Assembly: GCA_963818295.1 (NCBI GenBank)
Contig: CAWFRW010000007.1
Coordinates: forward strand, 74,938 to 138,937
Direction of reading: 5' to 3'
DNA length: 64,000 nucleotides
DNA from: an uncultured Bacteroidales bacterium
Lineage (GTDB): Bacteria; Bacteroidota; Bacteroidia; Bacteroidales; VadinHA17
Numbering within the stretch: the stretch's first letter is position 1; every line of letters starts with the position of its first letter. This document shows positions 22,358 to 34,765 of this stretch, one piece after another. Position numbers and translations under genes: made by a program. The notes below the pieces were generated by a model. That model made no database searches, was not told where the DNA came from, and saw nothing but the letters and a program-made list of their open reading frames with translations.

Positions 22358-23555
22358 TCAGCCAAGAAACTCAACAGGAACATTTACAAGCCTTGAAATA
22401 TCGGTAATTTTTTCCCTGATCCTGAACTTCTTCACACAGTTCACACTGCAGACAGTGACAATCATTACATGGATTATCCGATATTCCAATCTCGCTGAGC
22501 AGAGAATGTGCCATTGAAGGGCTTGAATATCCATAGGCATACATATATGCCCTCATAAGGTCAGGGACAGGAAGGTTTCCGGGACATTGAGAAATGCAGT
22601 TGCTGCAGCCATTGCAATAAAGTCCGGTTTCTGCGGTCGGAACAACGAGATCATTTTTTTCCTGATCAGTAAGTGTTATATCAGTCAGCATTTTCACATT
22701 CAGGTCAAGCTGATCAAAGTCTGTCATTCCGGGAATTGCAGTGGTTATATCTTCATTTGACAACGCCCATTTCAGAGCTGCCGAAGTATTTATAGGTTTG
22801 GTCTTTTCCTTGTCGAAGAATCCACCGCCGGCGAGAGTCTTCATTGCTACAATGCCAATTCCTGCCTCGGGATGCCTTTCTTATTGCACTTTTCAACTCT
22901 TCTGAATAAGTCTGCATGAAATTGTATGATGTAAGAATCACATCCCATTTTCCTTTCTCAGCTGCTGCATTGATCACAGCTGTTTCATTCCTGTGAGTTG
23001 AGAATCCAGTAAACCTGACCTTACCTTCCTTTCTTAATATCTTCAGGGCTTCGAGAATGGGTTTAAAGGTCAGCACTTCAGGATTATCAACACTGTGAAC
23101 ATATAAAATATCAACATAATCCATTTGCAGCCGGGAAAGACTGAGACTGAATTTTTCCAGAAAGTCTTCAGTTGTGGTCTGTTTCGTCGGCTTCCCTTCT
23201 TTGTCAAGCGCTGCAGGCTTCACCTTTGTGGCAAGAAGGAAGGAATCCCTTGGATAATCCTTCAGAACATTTCCCAGCATGGTTTCATTATTGCCATTCT
23301 GGTAACCATGAGCAGTATCAAACAGTTTTATCCCTTTCTCATATGCTGCCTTGCAGAGCCCGGGATTATCAGCTCTCATAACCCCGAAACTGATTACAGG
23401 GATCTTCAATCCGGTTTTTCCGAGAGTCCTGTATATAACTTCATTTTCCTGAATACCCTGTGAGGCAGTTATGATTGACGGAGCAAATGCCATCACCCCG
23501 GCAGCTCCTGTAATTCCTGTTCTCAGAAAACCTCTTCTGTCTATGTTCTTACCAT
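22358..23555 (-). pseudogene. Tat-signal aldo/keto reductase with C-terminal Cys-rich Fe-S domain (at least 3 frame changes)
   Basis: ATG 23553-23555 is followed by a one-base shift into …DRRGFLRTGITGAAG (Tat motif). AKR core in 22753..23496. Cys clusters CNGCSNCISQCP and C..C..C in 22371..22844, with tail 22358..22540. Confidence 0.75.
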
Positions 23556-23594
23556 TATTATCTTGAACTTAATTTTTATTTCTGTCTGACTATT

Positions 23595-24348
23595 TTATCT
23601 CAGGCTTCTTATCCGGACTTCAATACCGGAATCTTTCAGAAGTTTAACCAATTCATCAGGATTTGTATCACCGTAATGATATGGATAAAGTATTTTTGGT
23701 TTAAATGCCCTGGCAGCGTCGGCTACCATTGCCGGGGTCATTGTATATGGCAGATTCATCGGGAGGAATGCAATATCAATATTCTTAAGAGCCTTCATTT
23801 CGGGGGTATTTTCAGTATCACCTGCAACATAGATTCTTTTCCCTCCCATTGTCAGTATAAATCCGACTCCTGCTCCCTTTGGATGAAAAGGCTGTCCGGG
23901 AGCACGTTCATTTACAATATTATATGCTGCCACAGCTTCAATAGCAATATTCCCGATATTCTTTATGTCTCCTGCTTTCACTGCAGCAGCACCCGTTAAC
24001 CTTTGCAGCAGCTGCCCCATTGCATAGAATCACTGTTCCGCTCTTTCTTAATGCATCTATTAGGCTATTATCAAGATGATCTGAGTGTTCATGCGTAACC
24101 AGTATGATATCTGCTTTGGGAAGGTTATCATAATTTCCTGAACTTTTTACCGGATCAACATAAATCACTATATCATTCATTTTGAACATCAGTGATCCAT
24201 GTCCGATAAAATCAAGTTCAACATTTCCTGCAGCTGTTACCAACTGGTCAGATGCAGGAAGATTCTGAGATTTAACCTGGAAAGTCATTGCAGTAAGGAT
24301 TAATGTAAACGCAACTCCCAAAACTTCTGATTTATAACAATTTTTCAT
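23595..24348 (-). pseudogene. secreted MBL-fold metallo-hydrolase (one frameshift near 24000)
   Basis: Signal peptide plus the VTHEHSDHLD metallo-beta-lactamase motif in 23938..24348. The C-terminal half is in 23595..24020. Confidence 0.75.
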
Positions 24349-24467
24349 ATTTCTAAATATTATATATCAAGATATAAAATTAAGAAAATTATTTCACTTA
24401 AATCATGAATCGTGTGAAACACTGTACAACCTCGTGTACACTCTATGTAAGTTTCTAAACTGATTGT

Positions 24468-24512
24468 TACACAGATGATCCACAGAGAAGGCACTGAGAC
24501 ACACAGAGATCA
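24468..24512. repeat. CACAGA(G) word island
   Basis: CACAGA/CACAGAG at about 24470, 24481 and 24503, with CACTGAG between them. Related in word content to CTCAGTG at about 7790. Confidence 0.6.
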
Positions 24513-24647
24513 ATTAGGCCTGTAAAACTGTTAACCATACTGGAGTTCAGAGAGATCTAATCAAATAATTTGCTGATAAAATCAATAGTTGCTGAATTTT
24601 TAATAACTTGCCTCCAGAATTTAGGTTTAGGTGTTAATTAATTAACA

Positions 24648-27600
24648 TTGATGCGTTTAGGGAAATATAAACAAGTTATTGTATTTCCAGTTTTCCTGCT
24701 TTTTTCAGCATCAGTCAGCGGACAGGCAGGCTCTGGCTATAAATACCAGTTTGGCGTGGAACCTGCAAAGAATGAGATCATACCGTGGAATCAATCTCTC
24801 ACAATCAATTATTCAATATCTGAACTCAATTTAGAAGATCTTGACAAATTCCAACGGGTCATTCTACAGAGTATCCATACCCGGACATGTTTCATCAACT
24901 GCACCCGGCAAACCTGAACTTCCGGTATTAAGCCGGCTAATTACAGTTCCTGATGGATTGAGTTATAAAGTAAGAATTTCTGATATAAAATCATCAAGAA
25001 TAAATCCATCGCGCAGAAATATAAGGGGAATTCTCTATCCGGCACAGGAAGGTGAAACAAAGGAGACAAAACAGAATAATCGCCGGTTTTTAATTGATAA
25101 AAATGCTTATGCTGCCAGAGGAGTTATTTCTTCGGATACAGTAAGAATAGAAGAGATTGGTACTGTCAGAAACAAGAGGCTGGCCAACCTGTACATATCT
25201 CCTGTTCATTATAATCCCAGGACAAATGTTCTGGAGGTTATAACCTCAATGAAGATTGATATTGAATACAGTTCAATGGGAAGTGCAAAATCGGGTGCTT
25301 CGTATCCGGAATCAGAACTCTTCATTAAAACTCTGGATAAATCGATGATTGATTATAATCCGGGTGATGTGATTCCGGGTTATTCCACCAGCCCGTGAAA
25401 ATGGTAATAATTACTGACACAGCATTCAGAAAGCATCTGTTACCATTTCTTCAAATGGAAGACCCAGAAAGGATTTGATCTGAAGATCCTTTATAAAGGA
25501 GCAGACACTTGCCGGAACAACCTATGCTCCAATTAAAAGATTCTCTTAACAAGATCTATAATTCAGCCTCCGCTGATGATCCTGCTCCTGAATATCTCCT
25601 TATTATAGGTGATGTCAACCACATTCCAAGATCAGATGTTACAAGCAATATCTCGGATATGTATTACGGGGAATTTGACGGAGGCGGCGACTATATTCCT
25701 GAAATGTTTATCGGAAGATTGCCTGTTTCTGATACAAACGATGTTAAAACAGTTGTGAATAAAATCATCCAGTATGAAAAGTTCGAGTTTGCTGATACAA
25801 ATAAATTTTACAACAGGGCTCTGATAACTGCAGGCAATGATGTGACATATTCCGTAAATATGAACGGACAGTTGAATTATGTTCTGAACAACTATCTGAA
25901 AAGTTCAAATCATCTGGATGAATATCATTTTTTCTATCCCCAGGCAGCTTATGCCACTGTTGAGGATTCAATAAAAAAGCTTTTCAAAAAAGGGATCTCA
26001 TTTGTAAACTATACAGGACACGGTGATGCTTCCGGCTGGCTCGATCCGCTAATAAAGTCAAAGGATGTCGATTCATTGAAGAACAAGAACATGTATCCTT
26101 TTACAATCAGCAATGCATGCAGGACAGCCCAGTTCAATACAGCTTCATCGTTCGGTAACAGGATGGTCCTTGCAAAAGATAAGGGCGCCATAGGATTTAT
26201 AGGCTGTTCAAATGACTCTTACTGGGATGAGGATTATTTCTGGGCTATCGGGGCCGGAGCCGTTACAATAGAGCCTACCTATCAGACTACAGCGCTTGGA
26301 GCCTATGACAGGTTATTTCATATAAACGGAGAATCTCCGTCAGACTGGTATTTTACGATGGGACAGATTAATTATGCCGGCAATCTGGCAGTAAGTGCCA
26401 GCACATCCGCCAGAAAAAAATACTATTGGGAAACTTATAATCTTATCGGTGACCCAAGTGTAATCCCAATAATCGGAAATCCGGGTACTTTTACTGTCAC
26501 TGTACCTGATACACTGCCAAATGGCATCAAATCGCTTACATTAAATGCAGATCCGTTCACATATTTTGCTGTATCGCATTCCGACACATTGTGGGATGCT
26601 TCATTTGTGAGCGCCTTCAGGTTCTGTTGAGCTTACAATGCCGGGTTTATCAAATGATTCCTGCCTTGTGGTTGTCACTGGTCAGAATAAAAAACCAATT
26701 ATTAAGACTGTCCGCTTTTCGAACGTCACGGGTGAATATCTAAATCTCACCTCAAACAGTATAAATGATATTGAGGGAAATAATAACGCAAGGGCCGATT
26801 ACGGCGAAACCTTCTTTCTCAACCTTACAGTGAGCAATCTTGGCTCAGACTGATGCAAATAACCTTTATGCCAAAATCTCTTCATCATCGGAACTTCTGA
26901 CTATCAGTCAGGACTCTGTCTATATCGGCACTCTCAGGGCCAGATCAGAGAGGATACTTCATGACAATCTTAAGATGACAATTTCTGGCGATGTTATCGA
27001 TATGGGTGTTGTAACAATTGATCTTCTTCTTAAAGATTCAAAAACAGAGAAACATTATAAACTGGATATCTGCGTACATGCTCCTGATCTTGCAATAACA
27101 AACTGCACTCTGAATGATACAACTAGCCGGAAACAAGAATAATGTTGCAGACCCGGGAGAAACATTCTATCTGAATTTCAAGGTAATGAACCAGGGCAGC
27201 AGCAGCATTGCAGGACAGTTTTATGTAAGCAGCAACACACCTGAACTAACAATTCTCGAACCGAATGTAAAATCCGGAGATCTTAAATTCGGGGAGACAA
27301 CTGATATTCCGGTAAAAGTTAAACTGTCAGAATCGGCATCATCCGGAAGCTTTTTCTCAGTTTCATCAATGCTCGACTGTACATCCTTATGTGCTAAACA
27401 AAGATTTTTCATTCAGGGTTGGCAGGATCAGGGAGAGCTTTGAATCATTATCATTCACAGTCTTTCCATGGATCAATGTCGAGTGCAATACCATGGGTGA
27501 TTACAAGTACAAATCCCGTATGAAGGCGTTGTTTCAGCCCGTTCGGGCCCGATCTCTCATGGTGCAAGTACTTCTCTTAGCATCAGAACAATATTTGAAA

Positions 27601-28465
27601 AGGATGACTCCATCTCATTTTATTACAGAGTATCCTCTGAAGTCAATTATGACAATCTTACTTTCAAACTGAATGATATAGAAATATTCAAAAAATCAGG
27701 TGAAACACCATGGACACAGGATTTCTGTTCCGGTTACGGCAGGAACCAATAAAATGGAATGGATCTATAGCAAGGATCAGTCAGTGTCAAACGGAGCAGA
27801 CTGTGCATGGATTGACCTTATTGATTTTGCCGGATCGAGTCCGGTAAGTTATATTCAGAAAGATCTTCAGGTTGCGAGAATTGTGACACCTTTTCAGAAG
27901 GATAAATTCGGAAAAGAAACTGTCACTGTTAAGGTTCTTAACATTGGGAAGGATCCGATTGAAGGATTCAATATGGCATACAGTATTAATGATTATGGAA
28001 GCCCTGTTAAACAAACCTTCGATAATATTATTATGCCCTACTCCGATTCAGTTTCAGTATCATTCACGGCGAAGGCTGATCTTTCAAGATTCGGAGCCTA
28101 TAATATTGTTGCCTATGCCTTTGATAACAAAGATGATTACCTCCTGAATGACACTCTTCAGGATCTCTCTTGAAAACAATCAGTTAAATGATTCCCTGAG
28201 CGTTTATCCGAATCCTTTCACTGATCAGTTTACCCTTTATGTACAATCGTCAGGCAATGACAATCTTACCATTTCGATTATTAACAGCACCGGTATTAAA
28301 TTCTTTGAGACTGAAAAAGAGGTAACCACCGGAATGAATACAATTGTTATCTCAGATCTTGTCCTGCCACCGGCAGTTTATTATGTCAGAATCACAGGAT
28401 TATCAATTAAGAAAACAATTACCGGTTATCAAACTTGGAAAATAGTATTTATCTTTTGGCTTTAA
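24648..28465 (+). pseudogene. peptidase C25 (gingipain-like) with propeptide and T9SS C-terminal sorting domain (at least 8 frame changes)
   Basis: Nine consecutive ORF fragments (24648..24917 through 28148..28465). Catalytic motifs NYTGHGD (His) and ISNACRTAQF (Cys) are in 25509..26630. The C-terminal beta-sandwich tail …VYPNPFTDQFTLYV…YYVRITG is typical of T9SS CTDs. Confidence 0.8.
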
Positions 28466-28482
28466 TAATTTATTAACATAAT

Positions 28483-29030
28483 ATGTCGGTTACTCTGATA
28501 CCCACCCGCGAAATTGCCCTTGATCTGTTCAGGCAGTACAACAAATCTGAGAGCCTTTTAAGACATGCATTGTCGGTTGAGGGTGTAATGAGATATATGG
28601 CCGGAAAAGCCGGTGAGGATGAGGAAAAATGGGGAATTATCGGTCTTATACATGATCTTGATTATGAGATGTATCCTGATCAGCATTGCACAATGACACA
28701 GAAAATAATGTCAGAGAATAACTGGCCTGAAGAGTATATCAGGGCTGTTGTCAGTCATGGCTGGGGTATAGTATCCGATATTGAGCCTTGACACAGCTTG
28801 AAAAAACTCTCTTTGCGATGGATGAGCTGACTGGTCTTGTTACTACAAGTGCACTTGTCAGGCCATCAAAGAGTGTGATGGATATGGAAGCAAAATCGGT
28901 GAAAAAGAAATGGAATGATAAAAGATTTGCAGCCGGAGTTGACCGGACTGTAATTGAAAAAGGGGCTGCAATGCTTGGTGTTACACTCGATGAACTTATA
29001 ACGATTGCATTATGGGAATGCGAACGGTAG
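28483..29030 (+). pseudogene. HD-domain metal-dependent phosphohydrolase (one frameshift at about 28788)
   Basis: 28483..28791 (…LRHALSVEGVMRY…IGLIHDLDYE) and 28788..29030 (TQLEKTLFAMDELTG…) abut with a one-base frame change. Confidence 0.7.
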
Positions 29031-29051
29031 CTGATGAAATTGGTCTTAAAT

Positions 29052-29084
29052 AAAAGGCCGGATCGATATGATCCGGCCTTTTAT
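29052..29084. terminator. strong bidirectional rho-independent terminator
   Basis: AAGGCCGGATC (29054-29064), loop GATAT, GATCCGGCCTT (29070-29080). A-run before and T-run after. Lies between convergent genes. Confidence 0.8.
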
Positions 29085-29110
29085 AATTAATTTCTGAACT
29101 GCTGAACTCA

Positions 29111-30608
29111 CTATGCAGGCATAGCAGGCAGAGTAAAGCCGGCACGGTAGGTATGCTTAACCATCTCAGCTGCAAACTGCTTTGCATTCATTGGTTCTGT
29201 CCATTTCTTGTCAAATTTCGGATCACCGTCTGTGATTGTAAAGTTATCTGAAATACAGATTTTCACTGTTTCAGTATCGTCCGATATTTGTGAATTCCAT
29301 TTTCTCACCATTCCATTCAAGTTCTTTGTTCAGACCCTGAAGTCTGACAGCAAGAACTCCCATAACAACCATTTCGTTGAATGGACCTGCTTCTGAGAAG
29401 TCAGATTTTGATTTAACTCTGCTTTCAGGGCTCTCTTTACATGCACGTACCCAGTCCATTTCATGACCTCCGTCCATAGCATTTTCAACTCTTCTTTCAG
29501 TTTTTGGAACAACAGGAGTACGTCCTGATAATAACCATGGACGAACACCATAACATCCGCAGATGAGAGTGTCTTTGGTTCCATGAAAAATAACTCCTCC
29601 ACCGGCATCATTCATATTCTTTCCGGCTGGCCATCCGGCAGGTCTTGCAGGCTGTAAACCACCATCATACCAGATAACCTCTACCTGTGGATATTTGATC
29701 TTTGATCCTTTTGGAGCAACTCTTTCAGGATAAACCAGATTAACCATCTGTGCATTTGGAGCACAATCGGTCAGCAACAGTGTTGAACTGCCCTGAGCTT
29801 TAATCGGATACTGAAGTTTCAGACTTTTGAATACCGGATGAAGAATATGGCAAGCCATATCACCAAGAGCACCTGTACCAAAATCCCACCAGCCTCTCCA
29901 GTTCCATGGAGTATAAATACTGTTATATGGACGCATTTTTGCCGGTCCGATAAAAAGATCCCAGTTAAGTGTATCAGGAACCCATTCACCTTTTGGAACG
30001 TTTAATCCCTGCGGCCATATCGGACGGTCAGTAAATGCTTCAACTTTTCTTACTTCACCGATCTCACCATTCTGTATCCACTCAATTGTCAGGTTTACAC
30101 CTTCATCTGATGAACCCTGGTTACCCATCTGTGTTGCAACTTTATATTTGGCAGCCAGTTTGGTCAATAATCTTGATTCATAAACTGTATGTGTTAAAGG
30201 TTTCTGAACATATACATGTTTGCCCATGGCCATTGCATTGGCTGCAACAACAGCATGTGAATGGTCGGCTGTTGCAACAATAACAGCATCAATTGATTTT
30301 CCCATTTCATCATACATCTTTCGCCAATCCCAGTATTTTTTTGCATTTGGATTTGCTTCAAATACTTTTTTGGAATATCCCCAGTCAACATCGCAGAGAG
30401 CAACAATATTCTCAGTTGGTGAAACATGTTTCAGGTTTGAATTACCCATTCCTCCAATACCAATAACAGCAATATTCAGCTTGTCACTTGGAGCCTTGTG
30501 GCCAAAACCACTCATTACTGAGCCCGGAAGTATTGTCAGACCTGCAGCAACAGCACCGGTTCTTTCAATAAATGACCGGCGTGTAATGTGTTTTGAATTT
30601 TCTTTCAT
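29111..30608 (-). pseudogene. Tat-signal Gfo/Idh/MocA-family oxidoreductase (one frameshift near 29290)
   Basis: TRRSFIERTGAVAAGL Tat motif and IGIGGMGNSN Rossmann loop in 29271..30608. The conserved tail …KMEFTNI-SDDTETVKI…TEPMNAKQFAAEMVKHTYR is in 29111..29320. Confidence 0.85.
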
Positions 30609-30698
30609 TGTCAGGTAGATTAAAATTTAATATTTAGAATGTTAAAATTAATAATTAAATATTAAGTGATGTATTTTGAAAGCATATTTAACATAAAG

Positions 30699-30760
30699 AC
30701 CGAAGTCAGAAGTCACGAAGATTAAAATCTGAAATCCAGGATCCGAAATCCGAAATCTTC
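30699..30760. repeat. 7-nt stuttered word island
   Basis: GAAGTCA x2 (30702-30715) and CCGAAAT x2 (30743-30756). Lies between the DUF1080 stop and the Gfo/Idh/MocA start. Confidence 0.8.
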
Positions 30761-30763
30761 CGG

Positions 30764-31543
30764 TTACAACTCCCTGATCCAGATATTCCTGTAGGCAACA
30801 GGATTTCCATGATCCTGAAGAACCAGACTTCCCGGACCATGTTTTTTAACAAAGTATTCAGGAATTCCAATATATACAGTTGGCCCCCTTAAACTTACAT
30901 TATTCTGAACCAGAACACCATTATGAAGAACTGTAACCCTTGGAGGAGTGTAATATGTTACGGTATCATTGTTAAATGTAGGGGCTGTATAAATAATATC
31001 ATATGATCTGCCATTCACCTGGTTTTCTTGAAACATTTACCAGAGGGGCATACTGCTTGTACAGACTGCCAGCCTGACCATTACGGTAGGTACGGTTATT
31101 ATAGCTGTCAAGAACCTGAACTTCATACTGTTCCTGAAGGAAGACACCGCTGTTTCCTCTTCCCTGACTTTCACCGGATACTTCAGAAGGAGTTTTCCAT
31201 TCAATATGCAGCTGAAAATTTGTGAATTTACGTTTGCTTTTAATCACTCCTGCTCCTTTTACACTAACCAGTGCACCATCCTTAACAATCCATTTTGAAG
31301 GATTTCCATCATTATCTGTCCATTCCTGTGCTAACATCACTGCCATTAAACAGGATGATGGCATCTGAAGGAGCATCCCCTGGTTTTTCAGCCAGGCTGA
31401 ATAATTTTTACTTCCGGATCCCAGACTTCTGTCATCCCGGGGGTAATCTTCTCATCAACCGGCTTAAGGACTGGCTGCTGGGCCTTCAGAAAGGTGCCGG
31501 CAAACAGAAACAGTATTAAACTGATAGCAAATAACTTTTTCAT
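30764..31543 (-). pseudogene. DUF1080 (3-keto-disaccharide hydrolase-like) secreted protein (at least 2 frame changes)
   Basis: Signal peptide MKKLFAISLILFLFAG… from ATG 31541-31543. Fragments 30999..31376 and 30764..31036 carry …FQLHIEWK…GNSGVFL… and …LQDHGNPVAYRNIWIREL. Confidence 0.8.
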
Positions 31544-31721
31544 TTTGTAACAAATTTTAAAATTAGATTTAATTCAATGCCAATATACTTACAAATAATT
31601 TCTTTTAGAAACTTCTCAACCAATAAACTTCAGGATATTCATTTCATATCAAAAAACTCATATTTAAAGAAACGAGCACGATTACCTGTCTCTTTTGTCA
31701 ATATGAAGGGAAAACAATAAA

Positions 31722-32139
31722 TTGCACGAAATAAAATTTATGGAGACAAAATACTTTTCACTGGGCCCATCTGAAACAGGAATTGCCATAAAAATTATAA
31801 GGATATTATTCGGACTTGTATGCATTGCAATTGCAGTATTCTGGATGATTTTCAACATCAGGTCGGTACAATCTGACCGGATCTCTGTGGATCACAGTGC
31901 TGTTTCTCTCAGGATTTGGATTATACCAGGTGTGGGCCGGACTTGGCCGCACATTGAGATTTATTCAGATTGAAAGAGACAGGATATTGCTAAAGAAAAA
32001 TTCTCTCCTCCCGGTGAGTGAAATGAAATCATCAGAGATAAAAAAGATTGAGGTTTTTCCTTTGAATCTCATATTTCATTTTCACAACGGAGGTAAAACA
32101 ATTCTGAGGTTCGGCACTGCCTTATACAGACAATATTGA
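31722..32139 (+). pseudogene. hypothetical small membrane protein (frameshifted; 3' end uncertain, may extend to about 32215)
   Basis: Two overlapping fragments, 31722..31973 and 31897..32139, with two hydrophobic helices. No family recognised. Confidence 0.35.
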
Positions 32140-32225
32140 CCCTGTTAAAGATGAAATTGAGAAATTTGCATCACTTAACAACATTGATCTTGACATAGTT
32201 GCACGAAGAGATCTGACCATGTCAA

Positions 32226-33248
32226 TCACAAACTTGAAATCATCTCCCACACATCCCTGTCCAACCGGAATCCCTGATTTCAGGTTTTCATTTCTTATAC
32301 CAATAATATTTTCACCCGGGTAACGGATATCTGCAGTTGTCATTTTCCGGTATTGATTTACGCAGATCGCCAATGATAAGATCTATTGAATTCTGAATTG
32401 AGGGGAAGTTGTGAAGGTTTTTCAGCTGAATGGCGATAAACACCTGTGATACGCCTGATTCAGACACGCATGAACTGACCTGATGAGTAGAAAGTCCTCC
32501 TGAAAGCACTGTTGCAAGGATATCAAGCAACAGCGAAAGGGCTGATCCTTTCCAGTATCCTGCAGGCAGAGGCCTCCACGACTCAAGGATCTCACCAGGA
32601 TCATCGGTGAGTTTATTCTCTTTATTAAATCCTCCGGGATATGGCAGCTTTCTGCCTTCTTTTTTGAAGGTCTCCATTTTTCCGTAGGAGAACTGCGACA
32701 TTGCAGAATCGAAAACAACAGCTTCATTATGAAATGGTACTGCAATAATTAATGGATTGTTCCCAAGCCTCGGATCTTTTGCTCCCCATGCCGGCATGTT
32801 CGGACAGGTGTTTGTCCAGCAGATTAATACAAATCCTTTTCTGGCAGCATGCCACCCGTATGTTCCGCCTCTCATCCAGTGATTTGTATTTGCAAGTGAC
32901 ACAAGACCAATATTGTTTTCTGTTGCCACTTCAATAGCACGGTCAGTGGCAAACATGGCATTCAATGGACCCGGTCCCAGGTTCCCGTTCCACTGTTCTA
33001 TGGCTCCGTTCCTGTTAACAAGCGAAGGCACACCATCAGGCCTTATAAAACCTTCCCTGATGTTTTTTACAAATTTCGGGAACCTGTTAACACCATGGGA
33101 ATATACTCCTTCAAGACTGTTGAGCATAAATATCTCAGCACATTTATATGCCCGTTCAGTTGAAAAACCCAAGCCTTAAAAGGATTCTGAAAAATTCGGC
33201 TTTCATCTGGTCTGACGGAATTCTTAACTGCCCTTTTGTTGTATCCAT
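32226..33248 (-). pseudogene. Ldh_2-family (malate/L-lactate / 2,3-diketo-L-gulonate reductase-like) dehydrogenase (at least 3 frame changes)
   Basis: Collinear, from memory, with E. coli YiaK/DlgD: …SLEGVYSHGVNRFPKF…NTNHWMRGGTYGW…PAWGAKDPRLGNNPL…YWKGSALS…. N-terminus MDTTKGQLRIPSDQMKAEFF starts at ATG 33246-33248. The tail ends VWEMISSL-stop (32226-32228). Confidence 0.8.
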
Positions 33249-33407
33249 TTTATATAACAATATTCAAATTGCTAATTTATCGTATTGGAAATATTTATGC
33301 AAATTTTAATTCCCTCATGTAAAATTAAGATTCTTCTGTTAATCCCTGACATGATCGGATAAAAACCTGTTTTTATGTAGTAATTTTGTCCGAGGGAGTA
33401 AGTAATA

Positions 33408-34428
33408 ATGATACGCTCTTTACAAAACAGGCGATGGAGTGACTCAATGCATGCTGTGCCCTCATTTCTGTAAAATAGCACCGGGAAAAACAGGAATCTG
33501 TGGCGTCAGAAAAAATACCGGAGAGGAAATCGTATTGCAGACATACGGTGTACTCTCAGGATATTCACTCGATCCTGTCGAAAAAAAGCCGCTCTATCAT
33601 TTTTTCCCCGGATACAATATCCTCTCTGCCGGCTCTTACGGCTGCAATATGAGGTGCGACTTCTGCCAGAATTACCACATCTCACAGAATATCCCTGAAA
33701 GAATGGCTGAGTAAAATATTCACCGGAGAAACTTGCAGAATCAGCAAAATCATCTGAAAACAATATCGGACTGGCCTTTACATATAACGAACCTGTAATC
33801 TGGTTTGAATTCATGAGGGATGCTGCTGTGGCTGTGAAAGAGGCAGGGCTATATACTGTAATGGTAAGCAACGGATTTGTAAACGCTGATCCGCTGAAGG
33901 AGATAATCAGTTTTATAGATGGATTTAATATCGACCTGAAAGCTTTTAACAGTAAATTCTACAGGAATCTTACAGGTTCAGATATTGAACCTGTAAAGAG
34001 AAGTCTGAAACAGATAGCTGCTTCAGGAAAACATCTTGAAATCACCACTCTTATTATACCGGGTCAGAATGACAGTGAAAAGGAGATGGAACAGGAGGTT
34101 AAATGGATCTCAGGAGAACTGGGAAGGAATGTTCCATTTCATCTCAGCAGGTATTTCCCGACATTCAGGAGGAGATGATCCCTCCACAACCACTGAAAGC
34201 ATTGAGAGACTGGCTCAGATTGCTCTCATTCACCTTGATCATGTATATATAGGCAATACTACTTCCGCATCCGGACAAAACACTTTATGCCCGCATTGCG
34301 GAATAACTGTCACAATACGATCCGGTTATAAAACAAAACTTTTAAACCTTGATAAACAGGGAAGATGCACAGGGTGCGGAAATTTGATCTACAGATACTT
34401 TTCTGTTACTTCTTCGTCATCTCACTGA
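33408..34428 (+). pseudogene. amrS: AmmeMemoRadiSam-system-type radical SAM enzyme (several frame changes)
   Basis: …CMLCPHFCKIAPGKTGICGVRKN…SAGSYGCNMRCDFCQNYHISQ (CxxxCxxC). Fragments 33439..33714, 33813..34178 and 34036..34428. The likely ATG at 33408 is separated from them by a one-base shift. Confidence 0.7.
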
Positions 34429-34693
34429 GCCTGCTGAAGAGCTTATCAACTCCTGTCAGAAGATCTTTTTCAAGTGACTTGTAATAAGCCTTTACGATTT
34501 TGGGATTGTCTTTACCGTCAGGATTGTTGACCCTTGCAATCAGATCATTACGAAAATCTACCGCATCTGAAATAATTGCTGATAATTCATCTGCCTTGAT
34601 ATCAGGATGAAGGCCTGAAAAAACAAAACAGTCAGAAATCACCTCATATATCAGGAAATCGATATCTTTTTTAAGCTCTCTTACACTTGCCAT
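34406..34693 (-). CDS. hypothetical small helical protein
   Basis: Intact 95-aa ORF with good coding look. No family recognised. Confidence 0.45.
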   Translation of the reverse strand: MASVRELKKDIDFLIYEVISDCFVFSGLHPDIKADELSAIISDAVDFRNDLIARVNNPDGKDNPKIVKAYYKSLEKDLLTGVDKLFSRLSEMTKK

Positions 34694-34765
34694 ACAATAA
34701 AGTTTATATTAAAATCTGGCGCAAAGATAGTAAATTATCATTGAGTACGTTTCGCACCCTTAGCA

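Noticed and set aside
24648-28465. Identifying the C25-family gene as the T9SS sortase PorU
   Set aside because: It has a gingipain-type propeptide, a long post-catalytic repeat region and a standard cargo-type CTD. I cannot distinguish PorU from cargo proteases without a search, so only the family call is made.
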